Below are positions 1 to 10,257 of a stretch of DNA of 64,000 bases, one piece after another. Below the pieces are notes generated by a model. That model saw nothing but the letters and a program-made list of their open reading frames with translations, was not told the DNA's origin and did no database searches. Numbering within the stretch: the first letter of the stretch is position 1; each line of letters begins with the position of its first letter. The position numbers and the translations under genes were made by a program. The stretch comes from an uncultured Gemmatimonadales bacterium (lineage in GTDB: Bacteria; Gemmatimonadota; Gemmatimonadetes; Gemmatimonadales; Gemmatimonadaceae): NCBI GenBank assembly GCA_963793305.1, contig CAWBZV010000003.1:1120001-1184000 (forward strand). Reading direction: 5' to 3'.

Positions 1-237
1 CGCGAGGTGCGCCTGAGTTGGGACGTGCCAGACAAGTGGGTCGGTGTCATCGGCCGGGGCCGCGTCCGCACCATGCGGATCGACGTGTCGGGCCGCAACC
101 TCTTCTGGAGCTTCCCGTACACGGGTCTCGATCCGGAAGTCTCGAACTTCGGAACCCTCGCGGTCGGACGCGGTCAGGACGTGACCCCGTATCCGCCGGC
201 GAGAAGCATCTTCTTCGGCGTCGACCTGGGGCTTTGA
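1..237 (+). CDS. SusC/RagA-family TonB-dependent receptor, C-terminal fragment (runs off the window start)
   Basis: Frame is open from base 1. Contains GRNL..YTGLDPEVS..YPPARS..GVDLGL, typical of a SusC C-terminus, and lies directly upstream of a SusD-like gene. Confidence 0.85.
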   Translation, partial: REVRLSWDVPDKWVGVIGRGRVRTMRIDVSGRNLFWSFPYTGLDPEVSNFGTLAVGRGQDVTPYPPARSIFFGVDLGL

Positions 238-239
238 CC

Positions 240-1730
240 ATGAAGAAATATTCTCTTCGGACGATCATGGCCGGCCTGGTGCTCGGGGTCGGCGCGTGCA
301 ACACGGATCCAGTGGCGAACCTCAATCAGGTCAAGCCCGGACTGGACCACACCTCGTTCAATGAGCTCTTCGAGGGCGTGCTGTACTTCACGCGCATCAA
401 TCTGGGCAACCAGACCATCATGTTCGCGAGCTTCTCACGAGACGCCATCAACTTCACGACGACGGACAACGAGTTCGTCACGATGTGGGGCGGCGATGGC
501 ACCCCGATCTCGAGCTCGCGGTTCTACGGCACGGTGAACTGGACGAACTGGTTCACGGCCATTCGGCAAGCGCAGCAGATACTCGACTCCCTGCCGAGGG
601 CGGTCCCCGCCTATTCGGCCGGCGACATGGCCAAGTGGAAGGGCGTCATCTACACGACCGAAGCCTACGCGTACATGAACGCCGAGATGAACAAGGACAC
701 GCTCGGGTTGCCCTACAACGGGCCGCTCGGCAACGTCAACACGCCCGCGCCGATTCTGTGCGCGCGCGACGCGTGGAAGGCGATCGTGGGGCTCCTCGAT
801 TCCGCCGAGACACAGCTCAACGTCGATCAGTCGGCCGGGCTTCCGATGCCGTTGCCGGCCGGATTCAGTGCCGTGAGCGCTCAGGCGAGCCCGAGCACGA
901 CCTCGGGATCGTTCGCGGCGTTCAATCGTGCGCTAGCGGCGAGGGCCAACCTGGAGTTGGCGTACGCGATCGCCCGCTCGCCGGGCGGCACGCCGCCGAC
1001 GCCGACTACGACGGGATCACCGGACGCCGCGGCGTTGAACCGCGCGGACAGTGCGTTGCATGCGTCGGCGCTGTACAGCCCTGGGTCGCTCGCGCCACCG
1101 CTGCCGGGCGATTTCACGGAAGCGTTGGCCGTGTACCAGAACTTCTCGGGTTCGTCCGGTGACATCGCGAATCCGTGGCAGGGTGCGTATCAGACGACAG
1201 CCTATGTGCTCAACGAGGCGATCGCCGATATCGAACCGGGCGACAACCGCTTGGTCAAGGTCATCCCTCCCACGGACAGCGCGGGCACGCCGTACGCGCC
1301 CGGAGTCGCATCGTACAACACCTTTGGGATGTATCAAACCCCGGCCAGCCCGATGCCGATGATCCGCAACGAGGAGCTGAACCTGTTCGAGGCGCAGATC
1401 CGGCTCGGGTTGAACGACCTCACGGGCGCGGTGAACGCGATCAACGCCGTGCGGGTGAATGTTGGTGGACTGCCAGCGATCAGCGCGGCGGGTCAGACGT
1501 ACTTCACGCTGCGCAATCAGATTCTGCACGAGTTGCGCGCGTCGACGATGGGTGAGCCGAATGGTGACCGTGTGGCCGCTATTCGCGATTATGGAATGGC
1601 CACCGTTGCCGACACGACGTGGGACCATGATGGTCCGAAACAAGGTCCGGACCTTCACACTACGGTCGAACCGTTCCCGACGACGGACATCACGACGCGG
1701 AATGGGAATACGTCGTACGTCTGTCCGTAG
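240..1730 (+). CDS. RagB/SusD-family outer-membrane lipoprotein
   Basis: ATG at 240, lipobox VGAC, C-terminal IRNEELNLFEAQ...AINAVR...ILHELR motif typical of SusD proteins. Confidence 0.8.
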   Translation: MKKYSLRTIMAGLVLGVGACNTDPVANLNQVKPGLDHTSFNELFEGVLYFTRINLGNQTIMFASFSRDAINFTTTDNEFVTMWGGDGTPISSSRFYGTVNWTNWFTAIRQAQQILDSLPRAVPAYSAGDMAKWKGVIYTTEAYAYMNAEMNKDTLGLPYNGPLGNVNTPAPILCARDAWKAIVGLLDSAETQLNVDQSAGLPMPLPAGFSAVSAQASPSTTSGSFAAFNRALAARANLELAYAIARSPGGTPPTPTTTGSPDAAALNRADSALHASALYSPGSLAPPLPGDFTEALAVYQNFSGSSGDIANPWQGAYQTTAYVLNEAIADIEPGDNRLVKVIPPTDSAGTPYAPGVASYNTFGMYQTPASPMPMIRNEELNLFEAQIRLGLNDLTGAVNAINAVRVNVGGLPAISAAGQTYFTLRNQILHELRASTMGEPNGDRVAAIRDYGMATVADTTWDHDGPKQGPDLHTTVEPFPTTDITTRNGNTSYVCP

Positions 1731-2259
1731 CGTGTTCTAGCGCAATCAGTGCGGCCACCGTGGCGAGCTTCTCGTCTTCACGCCACGGTGGCCCCTGGGG
1801 CCTCCGCAGGGTCACCACGCGCCCTTTCAGGTCTCGCTCCTGCACCGCGACCACCGTGAAGCCACACTCGGCGGCTGCGTCGGCGATAGCCGTGCGAAAG
1901 AGCAGCCCCTCGGCTGCGTGCAGCAACGGATGCGACGCGAGTATCTTCGCCAGCGGCGGTCGCTTCTGATTCGGGTCGTGCCCGACGCCGCACCCCACGA
2001 TGTTGTGCTCTTCCAGCGCGCGCCGTATGGCATTTGTCGCGAGCTTCCGCGCACGCGAAGCGGCGTGCTCAATAGCCTTCTCGGCGTCCGGAAGATCGAG
2101 CCCGCGGGCCCCGTGATAGGGCTGAACGGTACGAGGAGGCCCGGAGCCGGCCAGGTTGATGTGGCGCCGTTCGATAACGGCAGTGGCCGACACGACGACC
2201 ATGGCCGCCCATCCAGACCGCGCCCGGAATCCCAGCGCTACGGGTTCGCCACGTCCCAT
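1690..2259 (-). CDS. hypothetical protein (possible RNase H-like fold N-terminus)
   Basis: 189-aa ORF with protein-like composition (ALGFRARSGWAAMVVV; ILASHPLLHAAEG). Confidence 0.6.
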   Translation of the reverse strand: MGRGEPVALGFRARSGWAAMVVVSATAVIERRHINLAGSGPPRTVQPYHGARGLDLPDAEKAIEHAASRARKLATNAIRRALEEHNIVGCGVGHDPNQKRPPLAKILASHPLLHAAEGLLFRTAIADAAAECGFTVVAVQERDLKGRVVTLRRPQGPPWREDEKLATVAALIALEHATDRRTTYSHSAS

Positions 2260-2288
2260 GATTATTGTTAAATAGAGGCCCTTGAGCC

Positions 2289-3203
2289 ATGCCCGCCAGC
2301 TTTAACGCCCCCATCCTGGCCGAAAGCGCCCCGGCCGGTCTCCGACTGAACTTCGTGTCGGTGGCTCTCCTGTTGGGTTTCGCGGGCCTCGGCGCCTGGA
2401 CCCTGCTGACGCTGAACAGCGTCGCGGGCGCGATCGTTGGCGGAGCGCTGGCGATTCTGACCGGCATGGCGCCCCAGGTCGCCCGCCAATGGGAGCGTGT
2501 CGTCGTGCTCCGCCTCGGCCGCTATCAGGGCCTCCGCGGCCCAGGCCTCTTCTGGCTGATCCCGTTCGTCGACACGATTTCGACTTGGGTCGACCAGCGG
2601 GTGATCACGACTGCCTTCGCGGCCGAGGAGACACTCACGTCGGACACGGTGCCGGTGAACGTGGATGCCGTGCTCTTCTGGATGGTCCACGATCCCGAGC
2701 GCGCGGCGTTGGAGGTGCAGCACTATCCGCAAGCCGTCTCGTGGGCCGCGCAAACCGGGCTCCGCGATATTATCGGTCGCACATCGCTCAGCGAGTTGCT
2801 CCGCGGCCGCGAGCGCATCGAGTCGGAGCTGCAAGAGCTGATCGATCAGCGGAGCATGCCCTGGGGTATCACTGTCCAAGCGGTCGAGATGCGCGATATC
2901 GTGATCCCCACGACCCTCCAGGACGCGATGTCGCGCGAAGCCCAAGCCGCGCGTGAAAAACGCGCCCGCATCATCCTCGGCGAGGCCGAGGTCGAGATCG
3001 CGGCATTGTTCGACGAGGCTTCGAAAGCCTACGCCAACAACCCTACGGCGCTACATCTCCGCGCCATGAACATCCTCTACGAAGGCCTCAAGGAGAAAGG
3101 CGCGCTGATGCTCGTCCCATCGACGGCCGTCGAGTCGATGGGACTCGGCGGGCTCCTCGGTGCGGCCGCGCTCGGACAGCAGCAGCGGGGAGAGAAGCAA
3201 TAA
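2289..3203 (+). CDS. SPFH/band 7 (stomatin/slipin) family membrane protein
   Basis: N-terminal TM helices followed by QWERVVVLRLG, GPGLFWLIPF, AAQTGLRDIIG and EAQAAREKRARII. Confidence 0.93.
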   Translation: MPASFNAPILAESAPAGLRLNFVSVALLLGFAGLGAWTLLTLNSVAGAIVGGALAILTGMAPQVARQWERVVVLRLGRYQGLRGPGLFWLIPFVDTISTWVDQRVITTAFAAEETLTSDTVPVNVDAVLFWMVHDPERAALEVQHYPQAVSWAAQTGLRDIIGRTSLSELLRGRERIESELQELIDQRSMPWGITVQAVEMRDIVIPTTLQDAMSREAQAAREKRARIILGEAEVEIAALFDEASKAYANNPTALHLRAMNILYEGLKEKGALMLVPSTAVESMGLGGLLGAAALGQQQRGEKQ

Positions 3204-3237
3204 CGGAATCGTGACGAGTGGTATCTAGCATGCGACC

Positions 3238-5886
3238 ATGCTGCTCGCCGCGCTCACGCTTCTCTTCCAGATCGACTCCACGCCACCCCGTCGAGTCGAT
3301 GACCCAGGCGTCGTCACGACTCGACAGACGATTACGCCAGCCGGGGCTCAAGCTGTCCTGACCGGCCGGGTCCATGGCGTGGCATTCGGCCGGGATTCGG
3401 ACGACGTATGGGTGCTCGTCAGCGGCCGACCCGGCGCACTGGTCCACCTCGCCTGGGCCACCAACCGCGTCCTCGGTCGCGTGGTGCTCGACTCGCTGAG
3501 CTCCCCGGGGATGCAGTCGATCGCACTGGATCCGGTCACCCGTCAGCCATACCTGGCATTGGGTGCGTCGATTGTCGACACACACCCCAAGCCCAAGAAA
3601 AACAAAAAGCCCAAAAAGAAAAAGTCCGGGCGAGTCGGCCCGCCCATGCGCCCGGTCGTCCGATTCGCCGTAGTCGAAGGAGACTCGACGAGGATGCTGT
3701 CCGAGCTACCGACCGCGGGCGGGACGACCGGCCCGTTGGCGATCGCGACAACGCGCGATGCCCATGGGCACCGGATCGCACTGGTGACGTTGACCGATGA
3801 TGACACGCTCGCCGTGATCGACATCCAGACGGGCGCGGTCGTACGCAAGCTGGCCACCGGCATCGCCCCGTTCGCGGCGGTGATCGATTCGGCCGGGACG
3901 GTCGCATACGTATCGAACTGGGGCGGCCGTCGCCCGCGCGTCGGCGAGCGGTGGGCGCGGACCGGCGATGATTCCACCGCTGACCGCGTGGTGATCGATG
4001 CACGCGGTGTCGCGGCCACCGGGACCGTCACCCGGCTCGACCTCGCGACCGGAGCGCGGACGACGATCGCCGTCGGCCTCCATCCCACGGCCATGGTCTG
4101 GGACGAGCCGCGCCACCGGATCTTCGTGGCAGACGGGAATGCCGACTCGGTCTCGGTGATCGAGACGACGACCAACACGGTCGTCCAGACCATCTCGCTC
4201 AATCCATTCGCCGGCCATCCCTTCGGTGTCGCTCCCACCGCCGTCGCGGTGAGCCCGGATGGGTTGACGCTCTTCGTCGCCTGCGGCGGAGTGAACGCGA
4301 TCGCCGTCGTCGACATTGATCACAACACCGTGCGCGGCCTCATTCCCACGGCATGGTATCCAGCGAGTCTGGCGGTGAGCCGCGACGGGCGCTCGCTGGC
4401 GGTGGGCGCGATCCTCGGCGTGGGGTCGGGCCCCATCGCTCCAGTGCTCGATGCCGTTACCTCCGACAAGGGCGACGAACGGTTCTTCCCGCACGGGCCG
4501 CGTCCCGATGCGCGGTATGTCCATGCCTATCGCGGCACCGTCAGCGTCATTCCGGTACCCGACGACACCCAGCTCGCGGCCTACACCACGGCGGTGACGC
4601 AGAACGACCGCCTCTCCCTGACGACCCCGCCCGCCGACAGCACGGCCAGCTGGCCAACGATCGACCACGTCGTCTACGTCGTGCGCGAAAACCGGTCATA
4701 CGACCAGGTCTTAGGCGATATCGGCAAGGGCAATTCCGATTCGTCGCTCACCATGTACGGCCGTGACATCACGCCGAACGCGCACCGGCTGGCCGCGCAG
4801 TTCGTGCTGCTCGACAATTTCTATGCGACGGGCGGCAACAGCGGTGACGGGCACCAGTGGGTGACGCAAGCCAACGAGACCGAGTACACGATCTGGCCAG
4901 GGTATGGCCATCGCAGCTACCCAAAGAACGGCAACGATCCGCTCGCGTACTCGAAGACCGGTTTTATCTGGAACGCGGCGGCGGAGCGGAACAAGACCAT
5001 TGCGATTTTCGGCGAGTACGTTGGCTATCTCCCGAAGCCGAAGCACGAGAGCGACAGTGTGGCGCTATTCGAGCTCGCGAAGTATCGGCGCGGCGCGACC
5101 TACGTCGGCCGGTTCGCGACGCGCGCCCCCATCACCGCGATCCAGCAATACGTGGTGTCCGACTATCCCGCGTACGGCACCCAGATCCCCAACGTCGCCC
5201 GGGCCCGCATCTTCGCGCGGCATGTCGCGCACTGGGACTCGACCGGTGTCATGCCGAACCTGGTGATCGTGCAATTGCCGTGCGACCATACGGCGGGTAT
5301 GACTCCGGGTTGGACGACGCCGAGCGCCATGGTCGCCGACAACGATCTCGCGTTGGGTCGCATCGTCGATGCGTTGTCGCACTCGCGCTTCTGGGGCTCG
5401 ATGGCGATCTTCATCGTCGAGGACGATGCGCAGGGCGGCGTCGACCACGTCGATGGGCACCGCACGGTCGCGTTGGCCGCGAGCCCGTTCATCCGGCACG
5501 GCACGATCGACCACACATTCTACTCGCAGCCGAGTCTCCTCCGAACCATCGAAGGCATCCTCGGACTCCGGCACCTCACGATGTTCGATTTGGTCGCGAA
5601 CGACCTTCGTGCAAGCTTCTCGGACAGCGCCGATCTCACGCCCTATACGGTGCAGGAGCCGGTCCAATCGATCTATGAGCCGAACGCCGAGATCGCGGCA
5701 CTGAGCGGACCGGCGAAGCACGCGGCCGTTGCGTCGGCGACGATGAACTGGCGCGAGCCGGATATGGCGCCGGCCATGACGCTCAACAAGATCCTGTGGC
5801 ACGACGTGCGTGGATGGGCGACGCCGTATCCCGAGCCAACCCACGCCGTGTTCGCGCCACTTGCGGCGCCTGACCCCGACCCGTGA
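3238..5886 (+). CDS. exported YncE/YVTN beta-propeller fused to a phosphoesterase (alkaline-phosphatase-like) domain
   Basis: Signal peptide, YVTN-like repeats (VGLHPTAM, VSVIET), then HVVYVVRENRSYDQVLGD and EDDAQGGVDHVDGHR. Confidence 0.88.
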   Translation: MLLAALTLLFQIDSTPPRRVDDPGVVTTRQTITPAGAQAVLTGRVHGVAFGRDSDDVWVLVSGRPGALVHLAWATNRVLGRVVLDSLSSPGMQSIALDPVTRQPYLALGASIVDTHPKPKKNKKPKKKKSGRVGPPMRPVVRFAVVEGDSTRMLSELPTAGGTTGPLAIATTRDAHGHRIALVTLTDDDTLAVIDIQTGAVVRKLATGIAPFAAVIDSAGTVAYVSNWGGRRPRVGERWARTGDDSTADRVVIDARGVAATGTVTRLDLATGARTTIAVGLHPTAMVWDEPRHRIFVADGNADSVSVIETTTNTVVQTISLNPFAGHPFGVAPTAVAVSPDGLTLFVACGGVNAIAVVDIDHNTVRGLIPTAWYPASLAVSRDGRSLAVGAILGVGSGPIAPVLDAVTSDKGDERFFPHGPRPDARYVHAYRGTVSVIPVPDDTQLAAYTTAVTQNDRLSLTTPPADSTASWPTIDHVVYVVRENRSYDQVLGDIGKGNSDSSLTMYGRDITPNAHRLAAQFVLLDNFYATGGNSGDGHQWVTQANETEYTIWPGYGHRSYPKNGNDPLAYSKTGFIWNAAAERNKTIAIFGEYVGYLPKPKHESDSVALFELAKYRRGATYVGRFATRAPITAIQQYVVSDYPAYGTQIPNVARARIFARHVAHWDSTGVMPNLVIVQLPCDHTAGMTPGWTTPSAMVADNDLALGRIVDALSHSRFWGSMAIFIVEDDAQGGVDHVDGHRTVALAASPFIRHGTIDHTFYSQPSLLRTIEGILGLRHLTMFDLVANDLRASFSDSADLTPYTVQEPVQSIYEPNAEIAALSGPAKHAAVASATMNWREPDMAPAMTLNKILWHDVRGWATPYPEPTHAVFAPLAAPDPDP

Positions 5887-5895
5887 TCGTTCCGC

Positions 5896-6220
5896 GTGGT
5901 GAAGGCACGCTTGACGTGGCGAACCGTCTGTCGCATTGGCCGTGAGTTCGAGGGGGTCGAGGAGTCGACGTTCCTACGGGACTCCGGCGCTCAAGGTCCG
6001 CGGCAAGCTGCTCGTGCGTCTGCGCGAGGACGGCGAGACGCTGGTCTTGATCACGACGTTCGTCGACCGGGACTTGCTGCTACGGGACAAGCCGCGGACG
6101 TTCTTTATCGAGGAGCACTACCGGAACTACCCGGCGATCTTGACGCGACTCACGCGCGTTGGCCCGAATCAACTCCGCGACATGATCGAGGCCGCCTGGT
6201 TGCGGGTGACCAAGCGATGA
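5896..6220 (+). pseudogene. MmcQ/YjbR-family protein, frameshifted near 5970
   Basis: N-terminus ...FEGVEEST in one frame continues as SYGTPALKVRGKLLVRL...HYRNYPAIL in another. Confidence 0.75.
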
Positions 6221-6741
6221 AAGATCGCATCCATCTGCGCGGGCGATTCGCGGCGGCCGTGATCGAGCCACCACGTCATCAGCGAGATCAGTGCGCCAGC
6301 GAGCGCGAACGCGGTGGCGCTGTCTCCGAGCCGCTGCTCGAAGCTGCGCGCGAAGCATCCGCGCATGATGTCCAGCAGGTCCTGCAACTGCCCGGCCTCG
6401 GCGAGCGCCGCCACGAACCACTCCATGTGCGCCACGTGATCGAATAGCTCTCTCACCGGCGCGAGCCGGGGCGACACCTCGGCATTCGCGAAGCGCGTAC
6501 AGAACTCCTCGGCGTCGCTGAAAAAGAGATCGCTCTTGTCGCGATAGTGTGCGTAGAACGTCGACCGGCTGACGCGAGCCCGGTCGAGCACATCCTGGAC
6601 GGTGATCTCGTCGAACGGTTTCTCGTGGATCAGCGCGACGAGCGCGCCGCCGAGCGCGTTGCGCGTGCGCGTGCCGCGGCGCTTTTCGAACATTTCGGGG
6701 GTCAATGTTCGATTTCCATCGTTGACCGCCTTCGTACGCAT
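6169..6741 (-). CDS. TetR/AcrR-family transcriptional regulator
   Basis: HTH ITVQDVLDRARVSRSTFYAHYRDK. Start is at 6741 or 6693. Confidence 0.9.
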   Translation of the reverse strand: MRTKAVNDGNRTLTPEMFEKRRGTRTRNALGGALVALIHEKPFDEITVQDVLDRARVSRSTFYAHYRDKSDLFFSDAEEFCTRFANAEVSPRLAPVRELFDHVAHMEWFVAALAEAGQLQDLLDIMRGCFARSFEQRLGDSATAFALAGALISLMTWWLDHGRRESPAQMDAIFHRLVTRNQAASIMSRS

Positions 6742-6756
6742 AGCGACACTCCTCGC

Positions 6757-7357
6757 ATGACACGAGATCGCGCGGGTGGCACAGCGCTCATAGTGAGTGC
6801 CGGCGCCTGGATCATAGTAATGGCGTTCCATCCCACTGCGCGACAGCTCTTCGCGCCAGGACAGATGGACCAGGTCATTCGAGTAGGGACGGGCGTCCAC
6901 GCACTCGCGCTGCTCTCCCTCCCGGTCGCGTTCTTCGGCGCCGTGATTCTCTCGCAACGCCTCGAGGCCCTCGGCGCGCTGATCGCATACGGCTTCGGCG
7001 CCGTGGCGATTATGAATGCGGCGGTCTTCGACGGGCTCCTGGTGCCGAAGATCGCCGTCCGTATGAGTGACTCGGACACCTGGCGCATCCTGTTCCTGTA
7101 CAACGGGATGCTCAATCAGGCGTTCGCGCTCGTCTACGTCGTGGCGTCCTCGGCCGCGATCGTGCTGTGGTCGTTCGCGATGCGCCGTGAGGCCAAGGTC
7201 CTGGGCGTGGTCGGGATGATACTCGGCCCCCTGATCACGATCCCGGTACTGACCCATTCTGATTGGCCTCGACGCCCACGGATTCGGCATGATCGTGTTG
7301 GTCGAGGGCGCGTGGTTCATCGCCTCCGGTATCTGGCTAGTTCGTCTGAAGAGCTAA
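6757..7357 (+). pseudogene. multi-pass membrane protein, frameshifted near 7255
   Basis: Several hydrophobic helices. The last helix (GLDAHGFGMIVLVEGAWF..) continues in a shifted frame to TAA at 7355-7357. Divergent from the TetR gene. Confidence 0.65.
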
Positions 7358-9919
7358 CCGGGGATCGATCGTCGTCGCCCGCCGGGCGGGGAAGTAGGCC
7401 GCCGCGGCCGCGACGAGCAGCATAAACAGAACGGCGCCCGCGAGCACGCGTAGATCGAGCGGGCTCGTGCCGAAGAGCAGCGACTCGATGAGCCGCGAGA
7501 GCGCGAGCGCGCCGCAGAGGCCGAAGGCGATGCCGAGCGAGGTGACGGCCACGCCGTGGCGGAGCACCATGCCGCGAATCGACCCGCGATCGGCGCCGAG
7601 TGCGATGCGGATGCCGATCTCTTTACGTCGAAGGGTGACGACGTAGGAGAGAATGCCGAAGAGCCCGACGGCGGCGAGCGTCAAGGCGACGGCCGCGAAC
7701 GTCAGCAAGATGCGCATCGTGAACACGCGCTGCGCCGTCCCGCGCCCGATGGCGTCCTCGAGCGCCATCGGCTGATCGACGACGAGTCGCGGATCGAGCG
7801 AGGCGAGTATGCGGCGGGCCTGCGGGAGGAAGTCGAGCGCCGGGCCATCGGTGAGCACGAGCTGCGTCAGCTCCCAGTTCCGGTCGCCCGCGAATTGGCG
7901 GTGTGGATGGTAGACGTAGGTATCAACTCGCCCCGTGGCATCGACGGAGACGTCGCCAACGACGCCAATGACGACGAGCATGGGTCCGCCGGTCGACAGG
8001 CGCTGTCCCAGCGGGTCGACGCCTGGGAAGAACTGTTGTGCGGCGCTCTGGCTGATTACGACGTGACGGAGGCTGGTCGAGTCGGTGAGTGGCAGCTCGC
8101 GGTCGTCGAACACGCGGCCGGCGACGAGGGGGATGCGCGCCGCGGCGAAGTAGTTGCCGGAGACGACGCGGTTCTGCGCCAGGAAATGGAAGTCGGTGTC
8201 GGCGCCCGCCATGGGGCCGCTGGCGACGCGCACGCCCCACTGGTTGAACGCGCCCGTGGCCGGCAGCTTGGAGATCCCACCGGCGGCCCGCACGCCAGGC
8301 GTCTCTTGGAATCGCCGCGCCAATGTTTCATAGAATCTGGCACGCGCGGTCGAGTCATACAGCGCGGCGGGCAGCTCCATGCGGAACGTGAGGACGTGGT
8401 CGCCGCGCACGCCGAGTGGCGTGTCGCGGAGCCGAGCCAGACTCGCGAGAAGGAGACCGGCGCCGACGAGCAACACGAACGCCAGCGCCACTTGCACGAC
8501 GACCAACCCCGCCCGCAGCCGCCCCTGTTGCGTCGTGGCGGTTGCCCTCGCGTGGGTTTCGTTGCCGATCCGCGCCGCGCGCAGCGCGGGCGCGAGGCCA
8601 AAGACGATCGCGCTCAGTGACGAGACGCCCAGGCAAAAGAGGAGCATGCGCGGATCGAGCGAGAGGTGCTCGAGCCGCGGGATGGACTGTGAGCCCAAGC
8701 TGACGAGCCCACGCATGACGAGCCACGCCACGCCGAGGCCCAGGACGCCACCCGCAAGGGCGAGCGCCAGGCTCTCGGTCAAGAGTTGTCGCACGATGCG
8801 CCCGCGCCGGGCGCCGAGCGCGGTACGCAATGCCAACTCGGGAGTGCGCTCTGATGCCCGCACGAGGAGCAAATTCGCGACGTTGACGCACACGAGCAGC
8901 AACACGAGTCCCACGGCGCCGAACACGAGCTCGATCTCCGACCCGGCGGACCCAACGACATCGGTCTTGAGCGGTTGGAGGAGCGCCTTGATCCGCATCG
9001 TCCGCGGATCCTGTGCGGCGAACGACCGGTCCAACCCGTCGATCTCCGCCTGCGCTCGCGCCAGCGACGTCCCTGGCGTGAGCCGCGCGATCATACTGAT
9101 CCAGTGGTTGTTGGGGTTGTCGCCGCCCTGCTTCAAGTCGAGCGGTACCCACGCGTCCACATCGCCGACGACGGGATCGCGCAGTCCTTCGGGTGCCACG
9201 CCGATAACCGTATGCGGGACGCCGTCCAGCGTGAGCACGCGACCGAGGACTTTGGGGTCGCTGTTGAGCCGGCGTTGCCAGAAGCGGTGGCTCAAGACGA
9301 CGAGATGCGCCCCGTTCTCCTCGCTGACCTCGAATGGTCGTCCGAGTGGCGGCGCCGCGCGCAGCGTCGCGAAGTACTGCGCCGTAATGGGCAGCGTGCG
9401 AATGCGCTCGGCGCCCGTGCCGAGGTCGATGTCCGCGCCGGTGACGTTGTAATTCATGAACGCGGCCGCCGACTGGAACGACGTCATATGGTCGCGATAG
9501 CCCTTGAAGTGGAACGTGCTCAGAAACGTTCGCTCGCCGGGCTTGTAGTACGAGTAAACCCGAACGAGCTGCTCGGGCTCGGCGTACGGCAACGGCTTGA
9601 GCAGCACGGCGTCGACGACGCTGAACACGGCGGTCGTGCCACCGATCCCTAAGGCGAGCGTCGCGATGGCGAGCAACGCAAACCGTGGTCGCTTAATGAT
9701 GGTCCGCACGGACCAACTGAGATCCGCGATCGTCTCTTCGAGCCAGCGCGTGCCGCGCGCATCGCGGACGTCTTCTTTGTAGCGCTCGATATCCCCGAAC
9801 GACTTGCGCCCCGCCATCTCCATGTGAAAGCGCATCTCCTCGGCCATCTCGCGCTCTTCCTGGCCGCGAAACACGAGAGCGTGGAAGCGCTCGCGGAGAT
9901 CCGACCACCACATGCTCAC
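7337..9919 (-). CDS. ADOP-type duplicated ABC permease (MacB/FtsX domains)
   Basis: TLALGIGGTTAVFSVVDAVLL, LLVCVNVANLLL, ELALRTALGA, EIGIRIALGA. GTG start overlaps the PadR stop codon. Confidence 0.92.
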   Translation of the reverse strand: MSMWWSDLRERFHALVFRGQEEREMAEEMRFHMEMAGRKSFGDIERYKEDVRDARGTRWLEETIADLSWSVRTIIKRPRFALLAIATLALGIGGTTAVFSVVDAVLLKPLPYAEPEQLVRVYSYYKPGERTFLSTFHFKGYRDHMTSFQSAAAFMNYNVTGADIDLGTGAERIRTLPITAQYFATLRAAPPLGRPFEVSEENGAHLVVLSHRFWQRRLNSDPKVLGRVLTLDGVPHTVIGVAPEGLRDPVVGDVDAWVPLDLKQGGDNPNNHWISMIARLTPGTSLARAQAEIDGLDRSFAAQDPRTMRIKALLQPLKTDVVGSAGSEIELVFGAVGLVLLLVCVNVANLLLVRASERTPELALRTALGARRGRIVRQLLTESLALALAGGVLGLGVAWLVMRGLVSLGSQSIPRLEHLSLDPRMLLFCLGVSSLSAIVFGLAPALRAARIGNETHARATATTQQGRLRAGLVVVQVALAFVLLVGAGLLLASLARLRDTPLGVRGDHVLTFRMELPAALYDSTARARFYETLARRFQETPGVRAAGGISKLPATGAFNQWGVRVASGPMAGADTDFHFLAQNRVVSGNYFAAARIPLVAGRVFDDRELPLTDSTSLRHVVISQSAAQQFFPGVDPLGQRLSTGGPMLVVIGVVGDVSVDATGRVDTYVYHPHRQFAGDRNWELTQLVLTDGPALDFLPQARRILASLDPRLVVDQPMALEDAIGRGTAQRVFTMRILLTFAAVALTLAAVGLFGILSYVVTLRRKEIGIRIALGADRGSIRGMVLRHGVAVTSLGIAFGLCGALALSRLIESLLFGTSPLDLRVLAGAVLFMLLVAAAAAYFPARRATTIDPRLALQTN

Positions 9920-10224
9920 GCGAGCACCCAGTTCACGGCGGTCGATGCGCGCTCCCACTCGGCGCGCTCGGCCTCTAGCTGCTCGAGACCGACGGGCGTG
10001 ATCTCATAGTACCGCGCCCGCCGGTTGTTCTCACTGGCCCGCCATGCCGACTTGATCCAGCCCCGCCGCTTCATGCGCACGAGCGCGGGGTACAGCGAGC
10101 CTTGTTGGACCAGGAACACCCCGCGCGACATCTGCTGCACGCGCTGCGCAATGCCCCACCCGTGCATGGGCGATTCCCGCAGCGTGCGCAGGACGAGCAT
10201 CTCGAGTGTGCCTTGGAGTATCAT
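9916..10224 (-). CDS. PadR-family transcriptional regulator
   Basis: LQGTLEMLVL, HGWGIAQR, GSLYPALVR, ENNRRARYY. Confidence 0.93.
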   Translation of the reverse strand: MILQGTLEMLVLRTLRESPMHGWGIAQRVQQMSRGVFLVQQGSLYPALVRMKRRGWIKSAWRASENNRRARYYEITPVGLEQLEAERAEWERASTAVNWVLA

Positions 10225-10227
10225 GCT

Positions 10228-10246
10228 CCTGTAGATTGTCTACAGG
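10228..10246. promoter_or_regulatory. probable PadR operator
   Basis: Perfect palindrome CCTGTAGA-ttg-TCTACAGG directly upstream of the padR start. Confidence 0.7.
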
Positions 10247-10257
10247 TAAGCGAAGTG

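Noticed and set aside
18..239. N-terminal extension of the SusD ORF
   Set aside because: It overlaps the SusC C-terminus in another frame. The lipoprotein signal begins at ATG 240.
7337..10246. PadR plus orphan ABC permease as a novel system
   Set aside because: This is an already described module (ADOP permeases with PadR regulators), common in Acidobacteriota and Gemmatimonadota.
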